Of a DNA stretch of 64,000 nucleotides, positions 29,558 through 39,846 are shown piece by piece. Made by a program: the position numbers and the translations under genes. Within the stretch, counting starts at the first letter, position 1, and each line of letters starts with the position of its first letter. Origin of the DNA: Verrucomicrobiales bacterium (GTDB lineage Bacteria; Verrucomicrobiota; Verrucomicrobiia; Verrucomicrobiales; V1-33); NCBI GenBank assembly GCA_031411295.1, contig JANOAV010000087.1, positions 96,001 to 160,000 on the forward strand, in the 5' to 3' direction. The notes below the pieces were generated by a model. It had not been told where the DNA came from and did not search any database. It saw only the letters and a program-made list of their open reading frames with translations.

Positions 29558-32500
29558 ATGAAAATCAAACGTTTCCCCCTGGCGGTGGGCTTCTTGGGGC
29601 TGGGATTGCTGTGGTATTTTTGGCCACAGCATTCTAATCAGCCTGAACCCAACGCTGTTTCCACCGCTGCTTGTGCCCGCTGCGGGGCCGCTCCTGCGTC
29701 TCCAGCCATGACTGCGCCAGTTGCGGGAGCGGGTGCGGAGTCCCTCATGGCGGAGTTTCCACGGCCGCTGGAACGTTGGGCCACGACCCCTGCGGAACCG
29801 GCGTTTGCAGCGTTCAAAGCATGGTCGGATCGGTGGTTGAGCGCGTCGCAAGGTTCGGCTGAATTACTGCAGGAAGGCGTGGCCCTGGCGGCCGCGCGCC
29901 AGCGAGCCCTGGCCGATCTCATGCAAGGTCGATCCGAGCGGGCGCTGGAGTTGTCCATCCCCACGGTGGTGGCGAAAAAATTACCGAACGAGGTGCGAGC
30001 CTATTTGGAAGAACCGATCAATGCCCGGGGTAATCTGGAAGTCATTGCCGCGGTTCCGCTCACGGCCAATGCGGACTCGGTAGCCTCCATGGCGCGTCGG
30101 GCCACGATTGAGGGGCGGCAGTTCCACGTCTTCGTAAGTGGAGCGGGCGAGGGTTTCATCACCAAGTCTAACGTGGCGCTGAATGGCATCGCCCTGCCTG
30201 CCAGTGCCGGCACGAATCCGCCGGACCGCTCGATTGTCAGTGCGGAAAATTTACTGGCACTGTCCTCGCAAGTGGCGCGTCGGCTTGATGTGGAGGAGGT
30301 GGATGCAGCCTTGCAGGAGGATGCTGCGGCCCCGGTCTGCCCTACTTCGGAGCAGCCTGTAACCGTGAATCATGAGGCGGATGGATTGCAGATCGGTGGG
30401 GAAATCAAGCTTTACTGCGGGCCGCGTCACGTTATGGCAGCGGCGGCCAGCCTAACGGCGGCGGAAAATTTAACCACTGCCAGCGCGCCCATCGCTGGCG
30501 GCACGGACCCGGGAGTGATTGCAAATTTCGGAACCATCACGAACACCTACACTCAGGGCTACAAGCGGCTGTTGATCCTGCGCGTGGATTTCCCGGATGC
30601 CACAGGCGAAGGCCAGACCATCACGGCGGCGGCGGCCACCACGTTGCTGGCGGATCTGCGATCCTACACGCATTTAATGTCTTATGGCACCCATGAATTG
30701 GCTCCCATGGGGCCGAACGGATCCAACTTCACGCCTGTGTTGCGTATGGGCAGCAATGCTTCCGCCTATGATAATGCGGGCTTGGATAAACTCTACCCGG
30801 AAGCCAAAAGTAAGGCTGCGGCCGCGGGGTTTGATCTCGCCAAGTATGATTGGTTCGGCGTGTTTACCAATGGCAAGCCCGCGGCTGGCTACGCGGGCTT
30901 GGCGTGGGTGGGTGGGGTGGGCTTTCACATGGCCAACGGCTATTTTTCCAAGCACGTGACCACACATGAATTCGGCCATAACCTGGGGTTGCCGCACGCG
31001 CATCGTTGGGACACCACGAACGGCTCCATCATCGGTGGCGGCACCCAGGTGGAATATGGCAATCCCTATGATCCCATTGGGGCCACCTATGATGGCATTC
31101 CAGGCGAGAAACATTATGTGGGAGGTTACAAGAAATATCTTGGTTGGATTCCCGATGCCGATGCTCCTCAAGTCACCAGCGGGCAATATCGGCTGGCCAC
31201 ATCCGACGATGTGCACTCGCTGGGAACGCGTCTGCTGCGAGTGCCGAAGGACTCACGGAAATATTGGATCGAGTATCGGCAGGGTCTCACCGACGCGTTG
31301 CTGAATCGAGCGGTCTTCCTGCAATGGGGCAATACCGATGGGCGGGAGAACAGCATTCTAGATGCGCGTCCGGGCAGCAACGGCACTGCGATCACGATTG
31401 GCAAAACGTTCTCCGATCCTGCGGCCAATGGTGGCGCTGGAATCCATGTCACGCCCATAGGCTTGGCGGGAACCTCTCCCGAGGCAATGGATGTCTATGT
31501 GCAAGTGGGCGTAGCGGCGGGAAATCTACCTCCCACCGCCAGCATCATCGCCAGCACCACGGCAGTGCCCGCCCAGCCCACCGTAGCGCCCTTTCCAGGC
31601 CCGGTAATTTTCTCCGTGGAAGCGACGGATCCCAACAATGACAAGTTGGCCTACGCTTGGGATTTCGGGGACGGCAACATCAGCCTGGATAATCTACCCA
31701 CGCAATCCCACACCTACAGCACCACGGGCGAATACGTGGCGCAGGTTACGGTCAGCGATATGAAGGGTGGAGCCGCACGTGATACGGTGATTATTCGGGT
31801 GGAAAATCCCACGAACTTCCGCATCTCCGGCCGGGTGTTGGATACCACGAACGCTCCCGTGGGAGGCATTCGCCTAACCGCTACCAAAGGCACGGAATCC
31901 CATAGCGTGCATACGGATGGCGATGGCACTTACACCATTCCCAACCTAACTGCAGGGGCTTGGACTGTGACCCCATTTGAAGAAGTGGGCGAACGCTACA
32001 ATTTCGTGGCCCCGTTCTTTACCAATCCGGTCACCATCGGGCCGAATTTTTCCACGGCTGACTTCATCGCCTCCATTGGGCCCAGCGAGACGCTCACGGC
32101 TCTGGTGGCTACGAAGAGCACGTGGAAATATTTCGATACTGGTGCCGAGCCAGCGGCCGGCTGGCAGTTGGCGACGTTTGATGACAGCGCCTGGGCCAGT
32201 GGAATTGGAGTGTTAGGTTACGGCAACGAGACCGGTCAGGACACCACCATACCCTACGGCGGTAATGCCGCTGCGAAATGGATTTCCTATTATTTCCGCA
32301 AGACCTTCAACGTCACCAATAAAGCCCTCTTCACCAGCATGCGGCTGCACACCCTGCGGGACGACGGGGTGGTGGTCTATTTGAATGGGGTGGAAATCTT
32401 CCGTGATAACATTGTCGCAGGGACGCCAACTTACAACACGTTCGCGACCGATTCCACCGAGCCGGGAGCGTATCTGGATGTAAATCTACCGCTGGATAAT

Positions 32501-35245
32501 TTGCTGGATGGCAGCAACATTCTCACGGCGGAAGTGCACCAATCCACTTTGGGCAGCTCTGACTTGGCGTTCGATTGCGCGCTGGATGGGGTGGCTCCGC
32601 TGGGCGGTGCGGGCACGATGATTCTCGCGCTAACGAGCCCCAAAGCTACGCAGCCGATTACCACGGCCACCACCACCTTGCCGCTAACGGCCACCGCCCA
32701 AGTAAAAGACGGCACCATTACCAAGGTGGCATTTTACGTGGACGGCACCAATATTGGCGAGGACACGACCGCGCCTTACGCCTTCGATTGGACCACGGTG
32801 AGTGCGGGAGCGCATACCCTGAAATGCATCGCCACGTTGGGTGATGCGACCACGGAAACTTCCGCCAATGTCGTCATCAATGTAACTGCCCCGCCCCAAT
32901 CACTCATTGCGGGCACGGACACTTGGAAATATTTAGCCGCGGCCACTGCTCCCGCCGCCACTTGGAACACACCCGCCTTCGTTGATACCGCATGGTTGAC
33001 AGCGTCAGGACAGATTGGCGCAGGTGATGCTAGCATTACTTCCACCATCAATCTCGGCCCCAGCACTGCGCGCTATCCCGCCATTTACTTCCGGAAGAAT
33101 TTCAATGTGGTGGATCCTGCCGCCATCAATTCGTTGCTCGCTCAAGTGATTAGAGATGACGGAGTGGTGGTCTATCTCAACGGAATCGAAGTGTATCGGG
33201 ACAATATGCCGACAGGCTCCATCGCTTACGCCACCTTGGCCGCAGCCTCTGGCTCTGATTACACTGAAGGAGTGCCTCATTCCTTCTCCATCGATAAGTC
33301 ACTCCTGGTTCCGGGAAATAACGTGCTGGCCGCCGAGGTGCATCAATCCTCCGCTACTAGTTCGGATTTGCGTTTCCAATTCTGGCTGGATGCTGCTGGC
33401 ACCACCGCCGCCGCGCGTGGAATCACTCTTTCCGGACCAGCCACCGTGACTTCTCCGGCCGTCGTCAACCTCACCACCAATGTGGTGGCAGGTGGCACCT
33501 TGAGCGTCAGCAAGGTCGAATTTTACGAAGGTGCGACCAAGCTGGGCACGGATACCAGTTATCCCTTTACGTTCACCTGGAGCAATCCGGCAGTCGGTTC
33601 GCACACGCTGAGTGCCATCGCCACGGATTCCGCCAACGCCACGATGACGAGTAATAATTTCACGGTCAATGTGCTGCCACCGCTGCGCAGCACGGCCCTG
33701 ATTAGCTTTGGCGACAGTTGGAAATTCCTCGACACCGGAGTTGCTCCAGCCAGCACCTGGACCGCCCGCACGGGATTCGACGAATCCGCCTGGCAGGCCG
33801 GCAACAGCAAACTGGGCTACGGGGGCGATGGCGAAATCACGATGATCAACCACGGCAATGAGCCGAATGCGAAATTCATCACCACGTGGTTCCGTAAGAC
33901 CTTCAATGTCACCAATGCCGCCAGTTTCTCCCAACTGCTGCTGCGGTTGGTGCGGGACGATGGTGCAGTGGTCTATTTAAATGGTCAGGAAATCTTCCGC
34001 AGCAATCTCCCTGCGGGCGCGATCACGCCCACCACGCTGGCGGCGGCGGAACCGTTCGAACTCATTCCGGTCGAAGTAACCGTTCCATCCACCGCGCTGG
34101 TTACGGGGGCCAATGTGCTCGCAGTGGAAATCCACCAAGCCAGCGCGAACAGCAGCGACCTGGCGATGAACTGCGAATTGATCGGCCAGAGCCTGGGCTC
34201 CAGTTCCTTTTATTTCACCAATCCAGCGACCAGCCAACTCATGAGTGCAGCGGTGGATGTGCCACTGACGGTATCCCTCCCCGCCGGACTGGGCACGGCT
34301 GCCAAGGTGGAATACTTTGCTGGCACGGCTAAGATTGGTGAAGCCACCACAGCACCGTTCGCCTTGACCTGGACCACTCCACTGGTAGGATCGTATGCCC
34401 TCACGGCCAAGGCCACCTTGAGCAACGGAACTACGAGCACCACGCCCGCCGTAACCATTACGATTGATTCCGCTCACACCAGCACGACCTTCGTAACCAC
34501 TGGCAGCACTTGGAAATATTTGGATACCGGAGCGGCCCCCGCGGCTAATTGGCAGGCAGTTAGCTTCGACGACAGCACGTGGGATTCAGGCGCAGCGAAG
34601 CTGGGTTTCGGGGCTGATGGGGAAATTACCGCTGTGGAATCAGGTGCGGTTGCCTACTATTTCCGCCATGCCTTCAACGTTCCCGCTGGGGCCAGCACTG
34701 CGTCTGTCAGGCTGCGCTTCCAACGGGACGATGGGGTGATTTTTTATATCGATGGCGTGGAAATCGCGCGCAATAACATGCCCGCCGGAACCGTGACGGC
34801 CACCACCCTAGCCTCCGCCACGGTGCCGGATGAGTTGGCTTGGATCACGGTCCAGCTGACCGCCACCGGTATAGCCACCCTCACTCCCGGGAACCACGTG
34901 CTGTCTGCCGAAGTGCACCAATCCAGCCTCACCAGCAGTGATCTTGGTTTCGATGCGGAACTGGTTGGGTTCGGCACGGACGCCAGCGTCATCGCCAACG
35001 TCCAACCAACCATCATGCCCAAATTTGGCATCGATAACGCTGGCGTGCCTGTAGGGCAGTATCGGCTGAATTTCGCGGACGCCACCGACGGCCGACTCTA
35101 CCAGATCCAATGCAGCACCGACATGGCAACCTGGATCCCCTACAGCTACGAATTCGTCCGCAGCGGCAGCGTGCAAGTTCCGATCACTCCAGCGGGTGCG
35201 CCCAAGCGGTTCTATCGTGCGAAATGGATTCCTGCGCTGCCGTGA
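29558..35245 (+). CDS. Large secreted multidomain zinc metallopeptidase (M11-like, PKD, Ig-like domains, four WKY..DDG jelly-roll repeats)
   Basis: N-terminal signal/anchor; HEFGHNLGLPH zinc motif; YAWDFGDG PKD; four repeats of WKY.D.G..P...W....FD.S.W...RDDG..VY.NG.E..R.N...EVHQ....SSDL. Confidence 0.85.
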   Translation: MKIKRFPLAVGFLGLGLLWYFWPQHSNQPEPNAVSTAACARCGAAPASPAMTAPVAGAGAESLMAEFPRPLERWATTPAEPAFAAFKAWSDRWLSASQGSAELLQEGVALAAARQRALADLMQGRSERALELSIPTVVAKKLPNEVRAYLEEPINARGNLEVIAAVPLTANADSVASMARRATIEGRQFHVFVSGAGEGFITKSNVALNGIALPASAGTNPPDRSIVSAENLLALSSQVARRLDVEEVDAALQEDAAAPVCPTSEQPVTVNHEADGLQIGGEIKLYCGPRHVMAAAASLTAAENLTTASAPIAGGTDPGVIANFGTITNTYTQGYKRLLILRVDFPDATGEGQTITAAAATTLLADLRSYTHLMSYGTHELAPMGPNGSNFTPVLRMGSNASAYDNAGLDKLYPEAKSKAAAAGFDLAKYDWFGVFTNGKPAAGYAGLAWVGGVGFHMANGYFSKHVTTHEFGHNLGLPHAHRWDTTNGSIIGGGTQVEYGNPYDPIGATYDGIPGEKHYVGGYKKYLGWIPDADAPQVTSGQYRLATSDDVHSLGTRLLRVPKDSRKYWIEYRQGLTDALLNRAVFLQWGNTDGRENSILDARPGSNGTAITIGKTFSDPAANGGAGIHVTPIGLAGTSPEAMDVYVQVGVAAGNLPPTASIIASTTAVPAQPTVAPFPGPVIFSVEATDPNNDKLAYAWDFGDGNISLDNLPTQSHTYSTTGEYVAQVTVSDMKGGAARDTVIIRVENPTNFRISGRVLDTTNAPVGGIRLTATKGTESHSVHTDGDGTYTIPNLTAGAWTVTPFEEVGERYNFVAPFFTNPVTIGPNFSTADFIASIGPSETLTALVATKSTWKYFDTGAEPAAGWQLATFDDSAWASGIGVLGYGNETGQDTTIPYGGNAAAKWISYYFRKTFNVTNKALFTSMRLHTLRDDGVVVYLNGVEIFRDNIVAGTPTYNTFATDSTEPGAYLDVNLPLDNLLDGSNILTAEVHQSTLGSSDLAFDCALDGVAPLGGAGTMILALTSPKATQPITTATTTLPLTATAQVKDGTITKVAFYVDGTNIGEDTTAPYAFDWTTVSAGAHTLKCIATLGDATTETSANVVINVTAPPQSLIAGTDTWKYLAAATAPAATWNTPAFVDTAWLTASGQIGAGDASITSTINLGPSTARYPAIYFRKNFNVVDPAAINSLLAQVIRDDGVVVYLNGIEVYRDNMPTGSIAYATLAAASGSDYTEGVPHSFSIDKSLLVPGNNVLAAEVHQSSATSSDLRFQFWLDAAGTTAAARGITLSGPATVTSPAVVNLTTNVVAGGTLSVSKVEFYEGATKLGTDTSYPFTFTWSNPAVGSHTLSAIATDSANATMTSNNFTVNVLPPLRSTALISFGDSWKFLDTGVAPASTWTARTGFDESAWQAGNSKLGYGGDGEITMINHGNEPNAKFITTWFRKTFNVTNAASFSQLLLRLVRDDGAVVYLNGQEIFRSNLPAGAITPTTLAAAEPFELIPVEVTVPSTALVTGANVLAVEIHQASANSSDLAMNCELIGQSLGSSSFYFTNPATSQLMSAAVDVPLTVSLPAGLGTAAKVEYFAGTAKIGEATTAPFALTWTTPLVGSYALTAKATLSNGTTSTTPAVTITIDSAHTSTTFVTTGSTWKYLDTGAAPAANWQAVSFDDSTWDSGAAKLGFGADGEITAVESGAVAYYFRHAFNVPAGASTASVRLRFQRDDGVIFYIDGVEIARNNMPAGTVTATTLASATVPDELAWITVQLTATGIATLTPGNHVLSAEVHQSSLTSSDLGFDAELVGFGTDASVIANVQPTIMPKFGIDNAGVPVGQYRLNFADATDGRLYQIQCSTDMATWIPYSYEFVRSGSVQVPITPAGAPKRFYRAKWIPALP

Positions 35246-35246
35246 T

Positions 35247-36176
35247 TTAGGCTAGGGAGAAATAATCCTCACTCTGATAGTTGCCATCCTTGAGCTTGGC
35301 AATTTGCAGGGTGACATCCGTCAGCAGACTGCTGGCCCCGAAGCGGAAGAGGTCCGGGGTGAGCCAGGTGTCACCCAGGGTTTCCTTGACCATGACGAGG
35401 TAGTGGAGGGCTTCTTTGGCTTTGCGAATGCCGCCCGCAGGCTTCATCCCGATGATCTGGCCCGTGGCGTAATAGAAATCGCGAATCGCTTCCAGCATCA
35501 CTAACGTGACCGGCATGGTGGCCGCCGGGGAGACCTTGCCAGTGCTGGTCTTGATGAAATGACCACCGGCACGCATCGCAATTTCACTGGCGAGCCGGAC
35601 GTTGTCGTAGGTCTTGAGTTCGCCCGTTTCCAGAATGACTTTTAAATGAGCTGCGCCACAGGCTTCGCGCGTGGCGGCAATTTCGTCGAAAACTAAATTG
35701 TAGTCGCCCCGCAGGAAAGCACCCCGATCAATCACCATGTCAATTTCATCCGCGCCATCCTCCACGGCGGAGCGGACTTCGGCCAATTTGGTGACCAGTG
35801 GAGCCTGCCCACTGGGGAAGGCGGTGGCCACACTAGCCAAGTGAATCTTGGTGCCAGCCAACAATGGCTTGGCGTGGCGGACTAAGTTGGGATAGACGCA
35901 CACTGCGGCGGTGGAGGGACATTCGTAGCGTGCGGGCATGGGAGACCGGGCCTTGGCACAGAGGTGGGCGATCTTGCCCGGGGTGTCTGCCCCTTCCAAC
36001 GTGGTGAGGTCCATCATGGCCACCGCAAGCTTGAGTCCCGCCAGCTTCGCCTCGTTTTTGATGCTGCGGGTGGTGAAACTTTTCGCCCGCTCCTCGACCA
36101 TGATTTGATCCACGGTGGGGACGGAGAATTTCGCGGAGCGTCGGGAGTTTGGTTTGGCAGGCAGAAGCAGTTCCAT
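35247..36176 (-). CDS. deoC: Deoxyribose-phosphate aldolase
   Basis: DLTTL, AAVCVYP, GADEIDMV, LKVILETGEL, FIKTSTGK, GMKPAGGIR, RFGASSLL. Confidence 0.96.
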   Translation of the reverse strand: MELLLPAKPNSRRSAKFSVPTVDQIMVEERAKSFTTRSIKNEAKLAGLKLAVAMMDLTTLEGADTPGKIAHLCAKARSPMPARYECPSTAAVCVYPNLVRHAKPLLAGTKIHLASVATAFPSGQAPLVTKLAEVRSAVEDGADEIDMVIDRGAFLRGDYNLVFDEIAATREACGAAHLKVILETGELKTYDNVRLASEIAMRAGGHFIKTSTGKVSPAATMPVTLVMLEAIRDFYYATGQIIGMKPAGGIRKAKEALHYLVMVKETLGDTWLTPDLFRFGASSLLTDVTLQIAKLKDGNYQSEDYFSLA

Positions 36177-36195
36177 GGGGCTTTTTAGAATAATG

Positions 36196-36702
36196 TTAGT
36201 TGGCCGCAGGCTCGGTGGCTGGAGGGGCGGGAGCGGTGGGTTCGGCGGCAGTGGGTGGCGTGACGCGGTTCTTGAGCGCCTCGAGTTTCTCTTTGCTGGC
36301 GGCACCGAAGGATTTTACTTTCTCCAGGGCCTCCGCCGCCCGCTGCTTGGCAATTTCCTGCATGGGCTTGGAAAATTCCGCAATTTTTGCGGTGTAGGCT
36401 TTGATTTCGTCGGGTTTCAATTTAGCCGCCCAGTCCCTGCCTTTGGCGGCAAATTCTCCTGCCTTGGCGAGCAGCGGCTGGAGCTTGGTCTTATCCGCGC
36501 TTTTCACGGCCTCCGCGAGTTGGCTGGCGAAGGCTTTGTATTCCGCGAGGAAGCTGGTGGCTCCGGGATCGCTGAATTTCTCCTCGGCGGCGGGTGGTGG
36601 CACCGGCACGGCGGGAACGACGGTGGCTTCGGGTTTCTTGTCACAAGCTGTGAGTGCAAGGCCGCAGGCACCAAGGAGGGCGGGTAGCAGAAAGAATTTC
36701 AT
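36196..36702 (-). CDS. Lipoprotein, alanine/lysine-rich helical
   Basis: MKFFLLPALLGACGLALTA-C lipobox. Confidence 0.7.
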   Translation of the reverse strand: MKFFLLPALLGACGLALTACDKKPEATVVPAVPVPPPAAEEKFSDPGATSFLAEYKAFASQLAEAVKSADKTKLQPLLAKAGEFAAKGRDWAAKLKPDEIKAYTAKIAEFSKPMQEIAKQRAAEALEKVKSFGAASKEKLEALKNRVTPPTAAEPTAPAPPATEPAAN

Positions 36703-36903
36703 AGGATGGAAAAGCGGAGATGACAGGAAACGGAGCCCAGCGCTCAGTGCGCTGACTGGGTCAGTTATAAACGCTGGTGGCTTTTCGTCACGCGCATTTT
36801 CCGTCGGCGCGCGCGGTAAATTGACTTTCAGAAAAATTCGCCAATTCATTCTGAGGACGGTTTCTTACTTTCCTTTCCAAAATTTGTGGTTAAGCGTCTG
36901 GCC

Positions 36904-38148
36904 ATGCCAAGTGTTCCCATCACCATGCCCCAATTGGGCGAATCCATTGCCGAAGCTACCATTATGCGTCTCGAGTTTGCCGTAGGCGAATTCGTCCCGG
37001 CGGATCAGGAAGTCATGGAGGTGGAGACCCAGAAGGCCGTGATGACGGTCACCACGCCCTGTGCGGGGAAAGTCACCGAATGGACCTGCCAGATTGGTCA
37101 GAGCTATGCCGTGGGGGAAGTGCTGGGCTTTTTGGATGTTACCGTGGAGGATGCCCAGCGCGCGGGGATCAAGCTGGAGGAAATCTCCCCGGCGGATACC
37201 ACCCCGGCAGTGGTTGCACCGCAGGATGACGATGCGGCCAAATCTCACTTTAAGATCGACCACGCGAACCAACTCAACGAGACGAGGCGAGTCGTGGAGC
37301 CTACGCTGAGTGGCCTGCCAGTGCCAGTGAATGCGACCGGGGCCAGCTACATTTCCCCCCGCATGCGAGCCCGGATGATGGAACTGGGACTCAACGCCAG
37401 CGATCTCGCTGGGGTGCCCGGCAGCGGAGCGGGCGGTCGGGTGACGGTGGAGGACTTCGAGGCGTTCATCCGCAAGTTGGATGAACACCGCATGACCCCA
37501 GCCAGCCCCATGCGGATTGCGGTGGCGGATTCCATGCGCCGCAGTTGGGCGCGCCCTCTGGCAACCGTGGGTTCGCCCATCGCGCTCGATAAAATGCTGG
37601 CCCACCGCAAAAGTCACGCCGAGCCACGTCCAGGTCCGGCTTTGTATATTATTCGAGCTTTGGCAATTGCGCTGGCGGAGAATACGGCGGTGGCCGGGCG
37701 CTTGGTAGGGGACCGCATCGTCCATCCCCAAGCCATCGATATTGGCTTTGCGGTGGAGGTGGATGATGGGGTGCTGGTCCCGGTTATCAAGGACGTGGAC
37801 CAACGACCCCTGCGGGAAATGATCGTTTATTACAATGACCTGGTGGCGCGAGCCCGGACGCGAAAGCTTCCGCCAGAAGCCCGGGGACAGGGAATTGCCA
37901 CCGTAACTAACTTCGGCACCTTCGGCATCGTTTGGGCCACGCCCATCCCGCTGCCAGAACAGAATCTGGTCCTCGGCCTGGGCGCAGGCCGCAAGCAGCC
38001 CGTCTGGGATGAGGCCACCAAGCAGTTTCTCCCGGTGGTCGAGGCGGAACTCACGTTGAGCTTTGATCACCGCGTCCTGGATGGCGGGGCAGCCGGCCGC
38101 TTGCTGACCCGCATTTCAGAGCTGCTGCAAACGCCGGAAACGCTCTGA
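36904..38148 (+). CDS. 2-oxoacid dehydrogenase E2 (dihydrolipoamide acyltransferase)
   Basis: Lipoyl domain MPQLGESI...EVETQKA; E3-binding GSGAGGRVTVED; catalytic SFDHRVLDG. Confidence 0.92.
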   Translation: MPSVPITMPQLGESIAEATIMRLEFAVGEFVPADQEVMEVETQKAVMTVTTPCAGKVTEWTCQIGQSYAVGEVLGFLDVTVEDAQRAGIKLEEISPADTTPAVVAPQDDDAAKSHFKIDHANQLNETRRVVEPTLSGLPVPVNATGASYISPRMRARMMELGLNASDLAGVPGSGAGGRVTVEDFEAFIRKLDEHRMTPASPMRIAVADSMRRSWARPLATVGSPIALDKMLAHRKSHAEPRPGPALYIIRALAIALAENTAVAGRLVGDRIVHPQAIDIGFAVEVDDGVLVPVIKDVDQRPLREMIVYYNDLVARARTRKLPPEARGQGIATVTNFGTFGIVWATPIPLPEQNLVLGLGAGRKQPVWDEATKQFLPVVEAELTLSFDHRVLDGGAAGRLLTRISELLQTPETL

Positions 38149-38251
38149 CGTATTTCAGCCAACCCTTGGTCAGGCTTGACCGAGGATGAAATTGCTGTTA
38201 ACAATTCCTCATGTCCATGCAACCTTCCTCCACCGTGGTCCCATCGCCTTC

Positions 38252-38935
38252 ATGAAGACGCCCACTGCTCATGCCCCCGTCGGTGAAAACGAAGTTTCCG
38301 CCGAGGATCTAGTGATGCTCAAAGCCTACGAGGACACTCGCAAGAGCCTCATCGAGCGCTTGGGGAATTGGGAGGATCAGAAATCCTGGGATGAATTCTA
38401 CAAACGTTACTGGAAGCTAATCTACAGCGTCGCCCTCAAAAGTGGCCTGCGCAGTGAGGAAGCCTTGGATGCCGTCCAAGAGACGATCCTAGTGATCGCC
38501 AAACAACAGAAAGAGCACCGCTATGACCCTAAGATGGGGAGCTTCAAGAGTTGGTTGATGAACCAAACCCGGTGGCGCATTGCGGACCAGTTCCGGAAGC
38601 GAGCCAAGGACACCGCCATGTTCAAGCCAGAGTCCGACGACAGCCGCAACACCGATACCTTGGATCGCTATGCGGATGAAAGCGGCAACAAACTGGAATC
38701 CGTCTGGGATCGGGAGTGGGCCAAATCGCTGACCGACCGGGCGCTGGCCGCAGTGAAAATGAAGGTCACACCGAAACAGTTCCAGATCTTCGACTGCTAC
38801 GTGGTCAAGGACTGGAGCGTGCTCCAAGTCAGCCGGGAACTGGGCGTCAGCATGGCGCAAGTTTACCTGGCGAAGCACCGGGTGGGGGCCTTGGTCAAAA
38901 AGGAGCTTCAGGCCATCGAGAAAGAATTATACTAG
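38252..38935 (+). CDS. ECF-type sigma-70 factor (PVC-type)
   Basis: TRKSLIERL...SWDEFYKRY, DAVQET, GSFKSWL, and region 4 LGVSMAQVYLAKHRV. The start could be 38186. Confidence 0.88.
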   Translation: MKTPTAHAPVGENEVSAEDLVMLKAYEDTRKSLIERLGNWEDQKSWDEFYKRYWKLIYSVALKSGLRSEEALDAVQETILVIAKQQKEHRYDPKMGSFKSWLMNQTRWRIADQFRKRAKDTAMFKPESDDSRNTDTLDRYADESGNKLESVWDREWAKSLTDRALAAVKMKVTPKQFQIFDCYVVKDWSVLQVSRELGVSMAQVYLAKHRVGALVKKELQAIEKELY

Positions 38936-39113
38936 TCACGATTCATTTTGCGTCAGTAATGGCGGCTATTGTTTAACAGTGATTGCGAATGGCCACCAAA
39001 TGGTGGGGTTCCTCAACCATTACCTGCGCCAAAGCCAATCGCCAAGCCAACAGTCGGCTTCTCCGTTAAGTTTTCCTAAACGGATAGGATCCCTTTGGCA
39101 TTAGATTTTCGAT

Positions 39114-39551
39114 TTATCCCCATGGATTGTGGGACCGTGGCTTGGCATCGTCGTAGGTGCCAACGACGGAGGGCCGACGGAGGATCACGAGGGTAAAAAT
39201 GCCGAGGATGGTGCCCAGTGGTAGGTTGAGGCAATTGAACCAAGCGACGATCAGAGAAAGGAGTCTGCGCTTGGTGACGGCAGAAAGAACATTGGCAAGT
39301 GCAGAGGCGACAAACCAACTTAGCAGCATGGTGTAGAGTAATTCCTCCGGAATGGGATCGGGGTGCAATGGCTTGGGTCGGATCTCCGCAGGTCCAGAAA
39401 TCCAGGGTCGCAGAATCATGAGACCGGACATCGTTGCGAACGCGGCCCCGGCAAAGTGAAATCCTGCTAGGAGGCGCAGTTGTTCCCGACCCCGCTGGCA
39501 CGCTGGACTGAGTGCGTGGGCTGGGAGCGGTGGGGGGACGGATGGTGACAT
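39114..39551 (-). CDS. Hypothetical membrane protein
   Basis: Pro-rich N-terminus, EQLRLLAGFH, several TM segments, and CLNLPLGTILGIFTLVIL.R.SV. The start is uncertain. Confidence 0.65.
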   Translation of the reverse strand: MSPSVPPPLPAHALSPACQRGREQLRLLAGFHFAGAAFATMSGLMILRPWISGPAEIRPKPLHPDPIPEELLYTMLLSWFVASALANVLSAVTKRRLLSLIVAWFNCLNLPLGTILGIFTLVILRRPSVVGTYDDAKPRSHNPWG

Positions 39552-39846
39552 AAGCATTGGCTGCGGCACTTGAACCCGGACTCGGGCTGGGCACCATGAC
39601 AAGGAAGTCATGATGGGAGCACTGAACGCGGGAAAATGGAGATTGCCAAGAAGTTTCAATTTTGTCACTCTGGATGGGAAATACCTGCGCAATCTCCTCG
39701 ATCCCCCAGCCACCCCAGCTGGATTCGGACGGGGGCTCTGCGGATGGTGTCTATCTGTTCGTTTCACTCAGTTGGGATTCCGCAAGGATCCTCAATTTGC
39801 GCGCAACTCCTCCGCCCCCGTGTTCCATCGCAGTCTCAAAATCCCC

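Noticed and set aside
39028..39099. tRNA gene
   Set aside because: It has tRNA-like length and a 7-bp closing stem, but no TTC T-loop, D-loop GG or CCA. Kept only as a weak structured-RNA candidate.
39560..39846. Riboswitch in the leader of the giant protein
   Set aside because: There are several short hairpins (CATGAC/GTCATG, GGAGATTG/CAATCTCC, a GCAA-loop stem), but no recognisable aptamer core or terminator.
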